From a virus (taxonomy: Duplodnaviria > Caudoviricetes): a stretch of 64,000 bases of DNA. This document shows, piece after piece, positions 39,454-52,010 of this stretch. The notes under the pieces were generated by a model. The model saw only the letters and a list, made by a program, of their open reading frames with translations, was not told the origin of the DNA and did no database searches. Position 1 is the first letter of the stretch; each line of letters opens with the position of its first letter. Position numbers and translations under genes: made by a program. The stretch spans positions 320,001 to 384,000 of IMG/VR virus record IMGVR_UViG_3300037067_027616; one strand, written 5' to 3'.

Positions 39454-40283
39454 AAGTAAGCGTTATCATACCTGCGCATAATCGCGCGCATACGTTGAAG
39501 CGCGCCCTCGAATCCGTTTTGTCTCAAACGGTGGATGACTACGAACTTATTGTTGTCGATGACCGAAGCACGGATGATACGCATTTACTTGTAAGGAACT
39601 ATGGTGAAGTAAAATACGTGGCCAACGGACATAGACAGGGGCCTGCGGGCGCCCGCAACCAGGGTATAGAGGTTTCCTCTGGAGAGTACATCGCTTTTAT
39701 TGATTCTGATGATGAGTGGTTGCCTAATCATATTGAGGATACTCTCTACTGTTTGGAAGAGTACCGTCAAGACGCATGTTACACATTGTGGTACCGCCAA
39801 CGGGGTTCTTCGTGGGAGGGGTACCCTTCGGAATGGCTTGATATTGTGGTGAAAGATTTGAATTTGGAGGTTAAGGGTACCACTATTATGCTCGGGTCGC
39901 GGATAGCAGAGTACACGGTGTCTAAACCTTTTTGGTGCTTTCACACGGACACTTTGGTTGCAAGGAGGAGTGCCCTCGTTGGATGCGGGATGTTCAATGA
40001 GGAGTTCAATAGCGCAGAGGATTTGGAGTTTTCATTCAGATTGTTATTGAAAAGCCCCACATGTTTGATTAACGATTACCACGCTTATTATTATGAAGGT
40101 GACGACAACATAGTTGCTTTGCGCACGGAGGATCCGTTTAAATTGAAGTTGCATTACGGGGAAACCGTGAGGGCATTGGGGCGCATAAAGGCCCTGGTGG
40201 AATCCTCACCGTTGATTGTGGATAAGGCTGGGTGTCGTGAACAACTGAACAAAAAAATCGCAGAGTATGAAGTACTACGTTAG
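39450..40283 (+). CDS. GT2-family glycosyltransferase
   Basis: VSVIIPAHNRA, LIVVDDRSTD, GPAGARNQG, AFIDSDDEW and AEDLEF motifs. Confidence 0.92.
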   Translation: MKVSVIIPAHNRAHTLKRALESVLSQTVDDYELIVVDDRSTDDTHLLVRNYGEVKYVANGHRQGPAGARNQGIEVSSGEYIAFIDSDDEWLPNHIEDTLYCLEEYRQDACYTLWYRQRGSSWEGYPSEWLDIVVKDLNLEVKGTTIMLGSRIAEYTVSKPFWCFHTDTLVARRSALVGCGMFNEEFNSAEDLEFSFRLLLKSPTCLINDYHAYYYEGDDNIVALRTEDPFKLKLHYGETVRALGRIKALVESSPLIVDKAGCREQLNKKIAEYEVLR

Positions 40284-41055
40284 TTTTCCCATATTTTACG
40301 ACTGTGACTTGCGGTGCTATTATTGTTTCTCCGCAGACTCAATGATGACAAATCTTCCTCCTGTAAGGAAGGTAACCGTTGAGGATTACGTTAGATTCAA
40401 GGACAGGTTCCTGTGTGACGCCGAAGATATAGTTGTCGAATTGAATGGCGGAGAAACATTCCTTCCAATAAACATCGCGGCTATAAAAAGGTTCATAAAA
40501 GGCACCACAACGGAACGAATAGAACTTCAGACAAACGGTATCCAGCCCGAGGAGGCTTACAAAGAGATTTTGCCGTTTAGGGACAGGCTATTCAAGATAG
40601 GCTTCACCTATCATCGGAAGATGATTGATAAAGTTCCATCTTATCGATCGGCTTATGAACGTAATGTATTGATGATGAAAGAGTTGGGTTTACCCGTGTA
40701 CGTCAAGGAAATCTTGTTCCATGAGGAGCAAGATGCAATATTGGAGAACAAAAGTAAATGGGAAAGCCTTGGGATTGATTTCAAGATACAGGATTTCAAG
40801 GGATCTTTTCTTGGCGTGAGCGGTGAAGGCATCGCTGAATACACGTCTGATGATTGGCGGTTAGTGTCGTGCGAGTACATCAGGAACGCCGGCGATTGCA
40901 GATGCAAGGCTGGTTATAAGCAGTTGCTAGTTATGAAGGATGGAACGGTCATAAGTTGCTATAGGATGCAAGAGGCGGTTGGGAATATGATCGAAGGTAC
41001 TTACAAATCTAACTATTATGTTTCCTTGCTCGACAAGAAGGTTGTATGGATTTGA
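40267..41055 (+). CDS. Radical SAM enzyme with short SPASM/Twitch-like C-terminus
   Basis: CDLRCYYC (CX3CX2C), GGE, QTNG, and C-terminal CKAG..DGTVISC. Confidence 0.85.
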   Translation: MKYYVSFPIFYDCDLRCYYCFSADSMMTNLPPVRKVTVEDYVRFKDRFLCDAEDIVVELNGGETFLPINIAAIKRFIKGTTTERIELQTNGIQPEEAYKEILPFRDRLFKIGFTYHRKMIDKVPSYRSAYERNVLMMKELGLPVYVKEILFHEEQDAILENKSKWESLGIDFKIQDFKGSFLGVSGEGIAEYTSDDWRLVSCEYIRNAGDCRCKAGYKQLLVMKDGTVISCYRMQEAVGNMIEGTYKSNYYVSLLDKKVVWI

Positions 41056-42362
41056 CGGGCATTGAAAATGTATACACGGATATACCGTTCGGATCGTATA
41101 GGTGGTATGTCGGAATTTATGGTGACTACTTTGAAAGAACTTTGACATACGTGGATGGGGCTGCCAAGGCCACCATCGCAAGCATTTTTCACAAGCTTCG
41201 GGATGAACACACAATAAATTGGAACAGGAATTATTTGTATGAGTTCAAGGCCGAGTATAAGGAAAAGGTGAAAGCGCTCGTTTATGATAAGATGCACAGC
41301 ACAGACAGATTTGATGTTCTTAAAGTGTGCCTATATTTATTGAGACATTTGGAGAAGGATTGCGTGTTGGATGATTATGTATTGAGAAAGATTCCAGAGT
41401 TGAAGGTTTTTTTGGAGGACTACGTTGAACCTTGTATGTCACCATTGCAGGAAAAAGTTGCGAGCATGAGCCGAAGTGAACACTCTTTGAGGGATTTAGA
41501 GGTGTTGTTGATAACGAACAGGGGGTTCAATAAAGTCATGGATCACCAAAAGGAAAGCTACACCGGTGACCGATACCATACCACCAATTTGGATTGTATT
41601 GAATTGGATTTGACCGCCGACTGCAATTTGAAATGCTTTAATTGCGACAGGGCGTGTGGCCGGGCCGAAAGCACCGAGTCAATGACCGTTCAACAGGTGG
41701 AGAAGTTTGTAGAGGAAAGCAAGTCTTGTGAAAAAGAGTGGGTACGAATAGGAATAACCGGAGGTGAGCCAACCCTCCACCCCAACATCATGAAAATAGT
41801 AGGCTTGTTGATCGAGTACAGGAATACTCACCTTCCAAAGAGTTCGTACGTACAGGTGGTGTCCAATGGCTACGGGGACGCCCCTGGGGTCTTGAAAAGA
41901 ATAGAGTCTTCATATTTACAGAAAGTTGTTCCCAGCAACGCGACCAACACCTTCATTCGCAACAATAACAAGCGGAACAAGGTGGTGCTTCACAGCCCCG
42001 TTAATATGGCTCCCGTGGACGATGAGCGCTTCAAGGGGTGTGATTTTAGAAATGGCTGTTGGGTGACGGAAACCACAGGTTTGTGTTTAAACAGGTACGG
42101 GTATTATGGTTGCGGTGCCGGAGCGGCCATAGACAGGGTTTTCGGGTATGACCTTGGGATAAAGGCTCTCAAGGATGTATGTATGAGTCGGATTATTGAG
42201 CAAAGAAAAAAGTTGTGTGCGCTTTGCGGTAGGTTTAATGACCTATCAATAACTGCAGAGTACTATGGGCCGGGTTGGGTGGTCGAGGAAAAGGCCTCCG
42301 TCACGTGGGAAAAGGTCTTTGGGGCATATCAAAAAAACAAGCCCGTTTTGACTATATACTGA
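41046..42362 (+). CDS. Radical SAM enzyme with N-terminal extension
   Basis: CNLKCFNC, ITGGEPTLHP, VSNG, and a Cys-rich C-terminus (GC..GYYGC..LCALC). Confidence 0.85.
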   Translation: MDLTGIENVYTDIPFGSYRWYVGIYGDYFERTLTYVDGAAKATIASIFHKLRDEHTINWNRNYLYEFKAEYKEKVKALVYDKMHSTDRFDVLKVCLYLLRHLEKDCVLDDYVLRKIPELKVFLEDYVEPCMSPLQEKVASMSRSEHSLRDLEVLLITNRGFNKVMDHQKESYTGDRYHTTNLDCIELDLTADCNLKCFNCDRACGRAESTESMTVQQVEKFVEESKSCEKEWVRIGITGGEPTLHPNIMKIVGLLIEYRNTHLPKSSYVQVVSNGYGDAPGVLKRIESSYLQKVVPSNATNTFIRNNNKRNKVVLHSPVNMAPVDDERFKGCDFRNGCWVTETTGLCLNRYGYYGCGAGAAIDRVFGYDLGIKALKDVCMSRIIEQRKKLCALCGRFNDLSITAEYYGPGWVVEEKASVTWEKVFGAYQKNKPVLTIY

Positions 42363-42374
42363 ATAGAGGGATGT

Positions 42375-43694
42375 ATGGTACGTGTAGATGCTTCTAAAAA
42401 ATTTCAGACCATAGCCGGGTTTGGTGTGTTAGTACCCGCCCACACCGAAGCCCAATCGTCAGTATACAGCCATTCGTTTTTTGAAACTTTGGTAAATGAC
42501 CTAGGGTGCAACATCATTCGTGCCGAGTTCTTGACGCAGGATACGGAAACGCCAGATCCGGAAATGTTGGGTATCCAATTGAGGGATTTTAACGATTTAG
42601 TATCTATAAAGCCTGATTTGAAAGTTCTTGCCAGCATAAACAGTCCACCAAGTACGATGTGCGGAACAAGCGGCCGATTGAATCCCGAGTCCCGTATGGC
42701 TTTTGGAAAATACCTGCTCGATATGTGTGACACGTTCGGGCAACATGGGTGTCCCATTTATGGCCTTGGACTTCAAAACGGGCCAACTACCGCATACTCT
42801 TGTGAATACAACAAAGAAGAATACTATGAGATGTTCAAAGTGTTGTGCCTTCTTAAGTCACAAAGAGTAAGTTCTGTTAAACTTCTTGCGACGGAAGACG
42901 ATTCACATGCCACTCCAATGGTGGCTGAATTTGTGGATTGTATCAACTCCGACCAGACGATGAGAGGCTACTTGGATTTTTTAGGGGTTCAAGGGCACAT
43001 GAATATTTCTTGGGGATCCCTTGCGGAGTTGCGCAGGGTCAACCCGATGGCGACCCTCAAGGACGTTTACGACCACATATGTTCTACATTTGGAAACGCT
43101 GTCAATCCGTACGGAAAAGACAAATGGGTGGTTGAGGCTTGTGGTGAGGGGACGTCTTGGAAGGTTTACCGTGATTTTGACCGACTAATCACTATCAGAG
43201 ATCCCTTGTACTATTGCACAATTCCGACTGCGTCCATGGATTTGGCATTGAAAATAAACAGTTCCATGACCTGTGGCAACTTTTCATCGTATGTTTATGG
43301 GTTTGCAAGCACCGTTCCTGCAGATGGAACTTTCAACACAGATTTGGTGGACCCAAAGAACACCCTATGTTACCTAGGTATCAAATCGATGAAATACCAA
43401 GTAGCAAAGCATTTCTACAAATATGTGTTGCCGGGTATGACCAGAATAGATGCGAGTTCTGACGATATTGTGAGCAGTGCGTTTATGTCTGATAAGATTG
43501 TCGTTGTTTTGATACACGATGGAGAAACGATCAAAGAAAGTTCTGTAGAGTTTACAGGTTCCAATGTAAGCAAATTCACGTCATATAGTTCCGTGGAGAA
43601 AGAATACCATCATCAAGAATCTGGAAGCGTGGTGGGAAACAAAATTGACGTGATGATGTTGCCGAACAGTATCATCACTTTCGTAGTGGAATAG
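42375..43694 (+). CDS. GH30-like glycoside hydrolase fold protein, acid/base Glu replaced (QNGP)
   Basis: FQTIAGFG, LGCNIIR, NSPPSTM, IYGLGLQNGP (canonical QNEP), WVVE, HFYKYVLPGMTRI, and C-terminal LPNSIITFV. Confidence 0.75.
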   Translation: MVRVDASKKFQTIAGFGVLVPAHTEAQSSVYSHSFFETLVNDLGCNIIRAEFLTQDTETPDPEMLGIQLRDFNDLVSIKPDLKVLASINSPPSTMCGTSGRLNPESRMAFGKYLLDMCDTFGQHGCPIYGLGLQNGPTTAYSCEYNKEEYYEMFKVLCLLKSQRVSSVKLLATEDDSHATPMVAEFVDCINSDQTMRGYLDFLGVQGHMNISWGSLAELRRVNPMATLKDVYDHICSTFGNAVNPYGKDKWVVEACGEGTSWKVYRDFDRLITIRDPLYYCTIPTASMDLALKINSSMTCGNFSSYVYGFASTVPADGTFNTDLVDPKNTLCYLGIKSMKYQVAKHFYKYVLPGMTRIDASSDDIVSSAFMSDKIVVVLIHDGETIKESSVEFTGSNVSKFTSYSSVEKEYHHQESGSVVGNKIDVMMLPNSIITFVVE

Positions 43695-43698
43695 TACC

Positions 43699-45858
43699 AT
43701 GGCAAATACAATTTTAGCTGCCTTGAAAAGTGGAGCCCCTTATATCCCTGGGGCAGTCAATGGCATAGCCCGATCGATTAATGCGGGGGTATCTTGGGCT
43801 TTAGCGTATACGGCAGCCTCTCCTGTTATGGGCGTGTGTAATACAACATCTACCACAGCATTTGCAATAACCTATAATGGACATTTGTTGACATCCACGA
43901 ATACCGGTACATCTTGGTCAGATTTAGGGCTAATAAATGCAGGTGCTACAACTTGTACAGATATAGGGTACTTGGGAAATAATACTTTGGTGGTTGGGAA
44001 TGGTGCTGGTGCCTTCATTTCCTACAATACCGGTTCTTCATGGTCCGTTTTGCTATCTGCTCCCATTTCAATCAACAAGGTAGTTGATATGGGTGGAGGG
44101 CAAGCGTTGTTGATGGGAACCAATGGCGCCGGAGCAGGCTATGTAACAAAAACTGTAGACTACGGGGCAAATTGGACACCGATTGGTACTATTGGTACGT
44201 TCTACACCTATGATGCTGTCTACGCAGGCGGCGGTGTTGTATTGGCGTGCGGAGGAACTGCCTCACCCATCAATCAAGTTTATAAATCCTCGGATTCCGG
44301 AGCTACTTGGGGTTTGGCGTATAATGCTGGATTGGGGTATTGGGGAGAATCCATTGGTTGGTTACCCGGTACAAATTATGCATTCACTACGTTGCAAAGT
44401 ACATCAGTTGCTTCAACTAGGCCTTTGTATAGATCCCCTGATTTGGGGGGAAGTTGGGTATCCCTTGGTAATCAAAAAGCTGTTTCCCTCTATGGAGGGA
44501 GTGGATCTACTTTATATTCTGGCAGGACGACGTCTTTATGCGGTGGGGGCGGTGGCGACGTCTACGCTGCTTCTATTTATGTATCACTGGATCTTGGGGG
44601 TACTTGGCCAAGAACAGCTACTCCGTACGACCCCAACAGATTTTTAGAAATATCCGGTGCTGTCGCTCCCGTGTCCGATTTTTCGGGCAATCCCCTCACC
44701 GGCGTGGAGCCGTTGGGGGTTACGTTCACCGACTTGTCAACGAACACCCCGACAAGTTGGCTGTGGAATTTCGGAGATGGATCGACAGGCGCCGACCAAA
44801 ACCCGTACCACACATATACGGGAATGGGTAGCTACACTGTCGATTTGACAGCGACTAATGGCACAGGCAGCGATACAGAAACAAAGCCAGACTATATCCT
44901 TGTTTTGCCGTTACCTCCGATTGTGGACTTCTATGGAAGCCCTGAAACAGGTTTCCAGCCACTCGGCGTGACATTCATGGACGCGTCAACCGGGTTAGTA
45001 GATACCCGCCTGTGGGAATTCGGGGATGGGTCTACAGGATCCGACCAAGACCCATATCACACATACACGGGCGCGGGGAGTTATACCGTTTCGTTGACGG
45101 CCGGAAACACAGGTGGAAGTGACTCCGAAACAAAAGCAGACTACATAACGGTTTATGGCCCGCCGACCGCCGATTTCTTTGGTCTTCCGTTGACGGGTTT
45201 AGAGCCTTTGGGCGTCACTTTTACGGACTTGTCCACAGGGATGCCCGTATCTTGGCTGTGGAATTTCGGGGACGGAGTAACTGGGACTGACCAGAACCCG
45301 TATCACACATACACGGGCGCCGGAAGTTACACGGTTTCTTTGGATGCAATTAATCCCGGTGGAAGCGACACAGAAACGAAGATTGATTACATCATCGTGG
45401 AACTCGACCAACCTGTGGCCGATTTCTACATGAACAAGACGTCTGGGTACACCCCGTTGAGTGTGCATTTCACCGATTTGAGTACGTCCGTAAGTCCGAT
45501 CGTTTCGTGGCTGTGGGCTTTCGGAGATGGCTCCACGTCAACCAACCAGAATCCGGCGCACACCTACACGATGCCCGGAGTATACACGGTCACGCTTACC
45601 GTGTGGAATGCTCTTGGAAGATTCGACACCGAAACAAAATCACGCGTGCTTGCGGTTGCTTTAGGTACACCGTCTTTGATGACGTATGATATAGCCCCGC
45701 CTCAAGGTGACGAGATGCTGGCACACATGGCTGACACGGGGGATGCCTCGAATAATATGTACCTTGTGGGCATAAAATATTACATCCCGATGGATCAAAG
45801 TTCTCCAGACCCGAGCGGATTCAAGAGGCCGATGGGACCCTCGATAATATTCGATTAG
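43699..45858 (+). CDS. Putative adhesin/fibre protein: BNR/Asp-box propeller plus four PKD domains
   Basis: SxxxGxxW repeats (SINAGVSW, STNTGTSW, SSDSGATW, SPDLGGSW), then four PKD repeats with WxFGDG. Confidence 0.8.
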   Translation: MANTILAALKSGAPYIPGAVNGIARSINAGVSWALAYTAASPVMGVCNTTSTTAFAITYNGHLLTSTNTGTSWSDLGLINAGATTCTDIGYLGNNTLVVGNGAGAFISYNTGSSWSVLLSAPISINKVVDMGGGQALLMGTNGAGAGYVTKTVDYGANWTPIGTIGTFYTYDAVYAGGGVVLACGGTASPINQVYKSSDSGATWGLAYNAGLGYWGESIGWLPGTNYAFTTLQSTSVASTRPLYRSPDLGGSWVSLGNQKAVSLYGGSGSTLYSGRTTSLCGGGGGDVYAASIYVSLDLGGTWPRTATPYDPNRFLEISGAVAPVSDFSGNPLTGVEPLGVTFTDLSTNTPTSWLWNFGDGSTGADQNPYHTYTGMGSYTVDLTATNGTGSDTETKPDYILVLPLPPIVDFYGSPETGFQPLGVTFMDASTGLVDTRLWEFGDGSTGSDQDPYHTYTGAGSYTVSLTAGNTGGSDSETKADYITVYGPPTADFFGLPLTGLEPLGVTFTDLSTGMPVSWLWNFGDGVTGTDQNPYHTYTGAGSYTVSLDAINPGGSDTETKIDYIIVELDQPVADFYMNKTSGYTPLSVHFTDLSTSVSPIVSWLWAFGDGSTSTNQNPAHTYTMPGVYTVTLTVWNALGRFDTETKSRVLAVALGTPSLMTYDIAPPQGDEMLAHMADTGDASNNMYLVGIKYYIPMDQSSPDPSGFKRPMGPSIIFD

Positions 45859-45867
45859 GAAGAAACG

Positions 45868-46521
45868 ATGCTCAAAAAAAGATCTGGACAGGTCATGGCG
45901 AGTGTAACTCCGAACTACTCGGACGAGTCGGTGCGCATAGAGTCCGGTTCGGTTGTCATCGAGAACAGTTGGGTGAACTACGACTCCGTCTTGTTCAAAC
46001 TCACAGACTATATATCCTCAATGGTGAAGCCTCCAAGGACACGTTTTTTCCAGAACCGTTCTTTTGCAGTGTACTTGATGGTTGGTTTGGACATCGATGA
46101 AGGTATAAAAGTGGTTGAAGGCAGGCAGGTGCCATTCACGACAGTCGGGTCAGTACCAAGACCAGTATCATACAAAATAGTACCCCTCGTAGGCGTTATC
46201 GCTATTCAAGATGGCTCCAACGATTTGAATAATGGATATCTCCCGCTCAAGGACGAATACATCGAGTTTTTCAACGGGTCTGGCAATATCGTAAACCGTA
46301 ACCTGAAGGGCATAACTGGCGTAGACAGTAATGTGGTTGGGGCCACAGGCGCCGGCGGTTTTACGGGCCTTTTCGGGCTTCCTGGCTCGAGTGGGTGGGT
46401 AGGCAGACAGGGAGATACGGGATTGCAACCCCCAGCACCCCGTGGTGAGACCGGGATTCAAGGTATGACAGGCATTAATTGGCAGATTCACGTCCCCCTT
46501 GTTAGCTTTTTCTACTCCTGA
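45868..46521 (+). CDS. Short collagen-repeat structural protein (paralogue of 46577 and 33974 N-domain)
   Basis: GSVVIENSWVNY, YLMVGLD, VPLVGVIAIQDGSNDL, followed by a G-X-Y run. Confidence 0.6.
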   Translation: MLKKRSGQVMASVTPNYSDESVRIESGSVVIENSWVNYDSVLFKLTDYISSMVKPPRTRFFQNRSFAVYLMVGLDIDEGIKVVEGRQVPFTTVGSVPRPVSYKIVPLVGVIAIQDGSNDLNNGYLPLKDEYIEFFNGSGNIVNRNLKGITGVDSNVVGATGAGGFTGLFGLPGSSGWVGRQGDTGLQPPAPRGETGIQGMTGINWQIHVPLVSFFYS

Positions 46522-46530
46522 TATTTTTGG

Positions 46531-46546
46531 GTGATACTCTTCTCAT
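46531..46546 (+). promoter_or_regulatory. Degenerate copy of the candidate late-promoter motif
   Basis: GTGATACTCTTCTCAT matches the 60876 copy at 12 of 16 positions. Intergenic, 46 nt before the ATG at 46577. Confidence 0.3.
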
Positions 46547-46576
46547 TTTCCTTATCTTTCGATAGGTGGGAAGCGC

Positions 46577-47305
46577 ATGGCCATGAAGTTCAAGAATAAA
46601 AAGGACTTTGGCCTCAAGATGCGCGACGGAAACCTCCGTGCGGAGAACACCGCGTTGGTTAAGGGTGGTTCCGTTGTCGTCGGTGAACGTTGGGTGCAAT
46701 ATGCTGACCTGCGTCTCGACGTGCAGCAACTTGTGGCCGACTACATGGCATCGGTTTCGCGGAGGATATTCAATTTCCGCGGCGATACCATGTATGTGCT
46801 CGTCTGCGTGGACGGGTACGGCGCGCCGCGCATTGTCCCCAGCATCGCCATGAACAGGAAGAATTTCGGGGACATCAAAACGTTCCCGGATCTTTCAGGT
46901 TTACTACCTCTCATGCTTGTGAGGCTTCAGCACGATGGCTCCGAGAATTTGAGTGCGATGCTTTCGATAACGGAGCAGGACATCAAGATCTACAAGGGAT
47001 ACGGGAATTTCACGCCACGTGGCGCTCGTGGAGCAACAGGTATCAGGGGTGACACGGGCTACCAAGGGATGACCGGGTGGCCAGGGCTTGTGGGTTACGG
47101 GGGCGTAACGGGGGCGCAGGGATGCACGGGCATGTTGGGGTTGTGGCTACAAGGTGCAACAGGTTCTAACGGTTTGTCTGGAGCATCGGTGCCGGCGTTC
47201 CAGAGCAGTTTCTCGACATACATACAGGACGTTGTTGATGACAGCATCGATGCGTGGATAGACACCGTCGATGACGGTGAAGACACTATTCAAGACACGG
47301 TTTAA
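46577..47305 (+). CDS. Short collagen-repeat structural protein
   Basis: [35 protein letters not shown], a G-X-Y run, and an acidic tail with IQDVVDD/IDTVDD/IQDTV repeats. Confidence 0.6.
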   Translation: MAMKFKNKKDFGLKMRDGNLRAENTALVKGGSVVVGERWVQYADLRLDVQQLVADYMASVSRRIFNFRGDTMYVLVCVDGYGAPRIVPSIAMNRKNFGDIKTFPDLSGLLPLMLVRLQHDGSENLSAMLSITEQDIKIYKGYGNFTPRGARGATGIRGDTGYQGMTGWPGLVGYGGVTGAQGCTGMLGLWLQGATGSNGLSGASVPAFQSSFSTYIQDVVDDSIDAWIDTVDDGEDTIQDTV

Positions 47306-47317
47306 GAGGAAATTATC

Positions 47318-50272
<2,955 letters not shown>

Positions 50273-50273
50273 T

Positions 50274-50408
50274 ATGGCAAACACGACCATATTTTTTAAT
50301 TTGGCTAATCATGCAACGTGGGCGGTTGACGCATACTACCTGTCGAGTAAAGCTAATTTGATTAGCATCTACTTGAAATTAAATGCCGTTGGTAGGGTGA
50401 TAGGATAA
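50274..50408 (+). CDS. Small hypothetical protein (44 aa), below the ORF-track cutoff
   Basis: MANTTIFFNLANHATWAVDAYYLSSKANLISIYLKLNAVGRVIG. It begins 1 nt after the previous stop and ends 6 nt before the next ATG. Confidence 0.45.
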   Translation: MANTTIFFNLANHATWAVDAYYLSSKANLISIYLKLNAVGRVIG

Positions 50409-50414
50409 CGACAC

Positions 50415-52007
50415 ATGATCACTAGGTACGTCAACACGGCGAGTACAGCGGGGGGCAATGGCACCACCAACGACACGGCAGGGGCTAATAGGGCTTACGC
50501 TAGTTTATTTGCAGCAAATGCCGCTTTAAACGCCGCTAAAGTTTCTGATGATTTGACCATTATGTGTTGTGGGACAGCCGCAGATACTACCGCTGTTTCT
50601 ATCGGTACTTTAGTTACAAATTTAGCACTCTATACCGTAACAATTAAAGGAAATCCTGACCATGTAGCAGGAAAACATCGTGGATATTTAAGCGATAGTC
50701 ATTATCGAATAGTAACCAACGTCGGCAGTGAAAAATGTTTGTCACTGCTCGGTGCGGGAAAAAAGATAAATGTTGATGGCATTCAGTTAGTAGGTACCAG
50801 TACATATAACTGGTGCTTAATGATGTATGACTTAGCATCTTGCACCATTTCTAATTGCATCGGTGTAACAACGTATAGGGGGGCTGAGATTACTGGTTCG
50901 GTTCCTGTGATATTCAAAAATTGTGTAATTAGTTCAGGATCTAATGTTGGTATTTTGAATAGTATGGGGACATTCAATGTATATAACACATTGTTACGAG
51001 GGTTTAATAGACCTATTTCTGGCGGAGTAATTGTTAAAAACTGTATTGCTTTTGGCAGTAGCCTAGAAATGACTGCCGGCACAATCGATTATTGTGCTAC
51101 AGATCATGGCTCTGGTTCACATCCAATATCTGTATCAAGTTGGGCAGACCAATTTTATAATGCTAATTACATAGCAGATGTTGACTTTAGATTAAAAACT
51201 ACATCTGTTCTTATCAATGCAGGAGTAGGCCCTGCTTTAGATGCTAATATACCAACTACTGATATAATAGCGCACGAGAGATCCGGGAACACCACTACAG
51301 TAGGCCCGTTCGAATATTGGAATGGATATATCCCGGGGGCGTTCCCCAACGACCCTTACGATGGGGAAGAACACCGAGCCATTCTGACTAAAAGCCTCTA
51401 CGTGTACGATGCCTCACGTACAAGGTGGGGGAAAAGCCTCTACTACTCCATGGGCGAAACAGGACTGAAAGGCATCACAGGGGCGGGTACACCAGGCCTG
51501 CAGGGTGCCACAGGGGTGGCAGGATCGACGGGGGTGGCGGGTATAGTGGGCATCGCCGGGGCTACAGGAATAGGCACGCAGGGGGAAACCGGTAGTCAAG
51601 GAATTACAGGAATGTCAGGATTGACGGGCCCGCAAGGAGATACAGGCCCTGACTCAGGAGTGACAGGGTGCTTCAATTTTGTCATGAACAACCCTTCCAC
51701 AGGTATCGCCGGGCAGGTCATGTTACCTTACAGCTTGCAGATTGACTCGTGGGAAGTGGTTTCTTCAGATGTCACCAAATTCAGGTCTGAATTGAGGACC
51801 GGCCCGTATAGTGCGTGGCCACCGAGTTACTCCATGAACGGCAGTGTAACAGGGCCACACATTGGGGATGATTTCAAGAACGCATCGTACGACTTGTCTG
51901 GGTGGGCAGGCACTACGGGGGCCTATGGTGATTGGATGACCCTTCATGTTGAGGACTCTGATTCTCCGGAGAGTATCACTGTGGTTTTAGGATATCACCA
52001 GGTGTAA
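50415..52007 (+). CDS. Fibre/adhesin: beta-helix-like head, collagen, conserved C-domain
   Basis: MITRYVNTASTAGGNGTTN, repeated (I/V)xNC pectin-lyase-like coils, DFRLK..S.LINAG, then FPNDP linker, G-X-Y run and C-domain. Confidence 0.7.
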   Translation: MITRYVNTASTAGGNGTTNDTAGANRAYASLFAANAALNAAKVSDDLTIMCCGTAADTTAVSIGTLVTNLALYTVTIKGNPDHVAGKHRGYLSDSHYRIVTNVGSEKCLSLLGAGKKINVDGIQLVGTSTYNWCLMMYDLASCTISNCIGVTTYRGAEITGSVPVIFKNCVISSGSNVGILNSMGTFNVYNTLLRGFNRPISGGVIVKNCIAFGSSLEMTAGTIDYCATDHGSGSHPISVSSWADQFYNANYIADVDFRLKTTSVLINAGVGPALDANIPTTDIIAHERSGNTTTVGPFEYWNGYIPGAFPNDPYDGEEHRAILTKSLYVYDASRTRWGKSLYYSMGETGLKGITGAGTPGLQGATGVAGSTGVAGIVGIAGATGIGTQGETGSQGITGMSGLTGPQGDTGPDSGVTGCFNFVMNNPSTGIAGQVMLPYSLQIDSWEVVSSDVTKFRSELRTGPYSAWPPSYSMNGSVTGPHIGDDFKNASYDLSGWAGTTGAYGDWMTLHVEDSDSPESITVVLGYHQV

Positions 52008-52010
52008 AGT

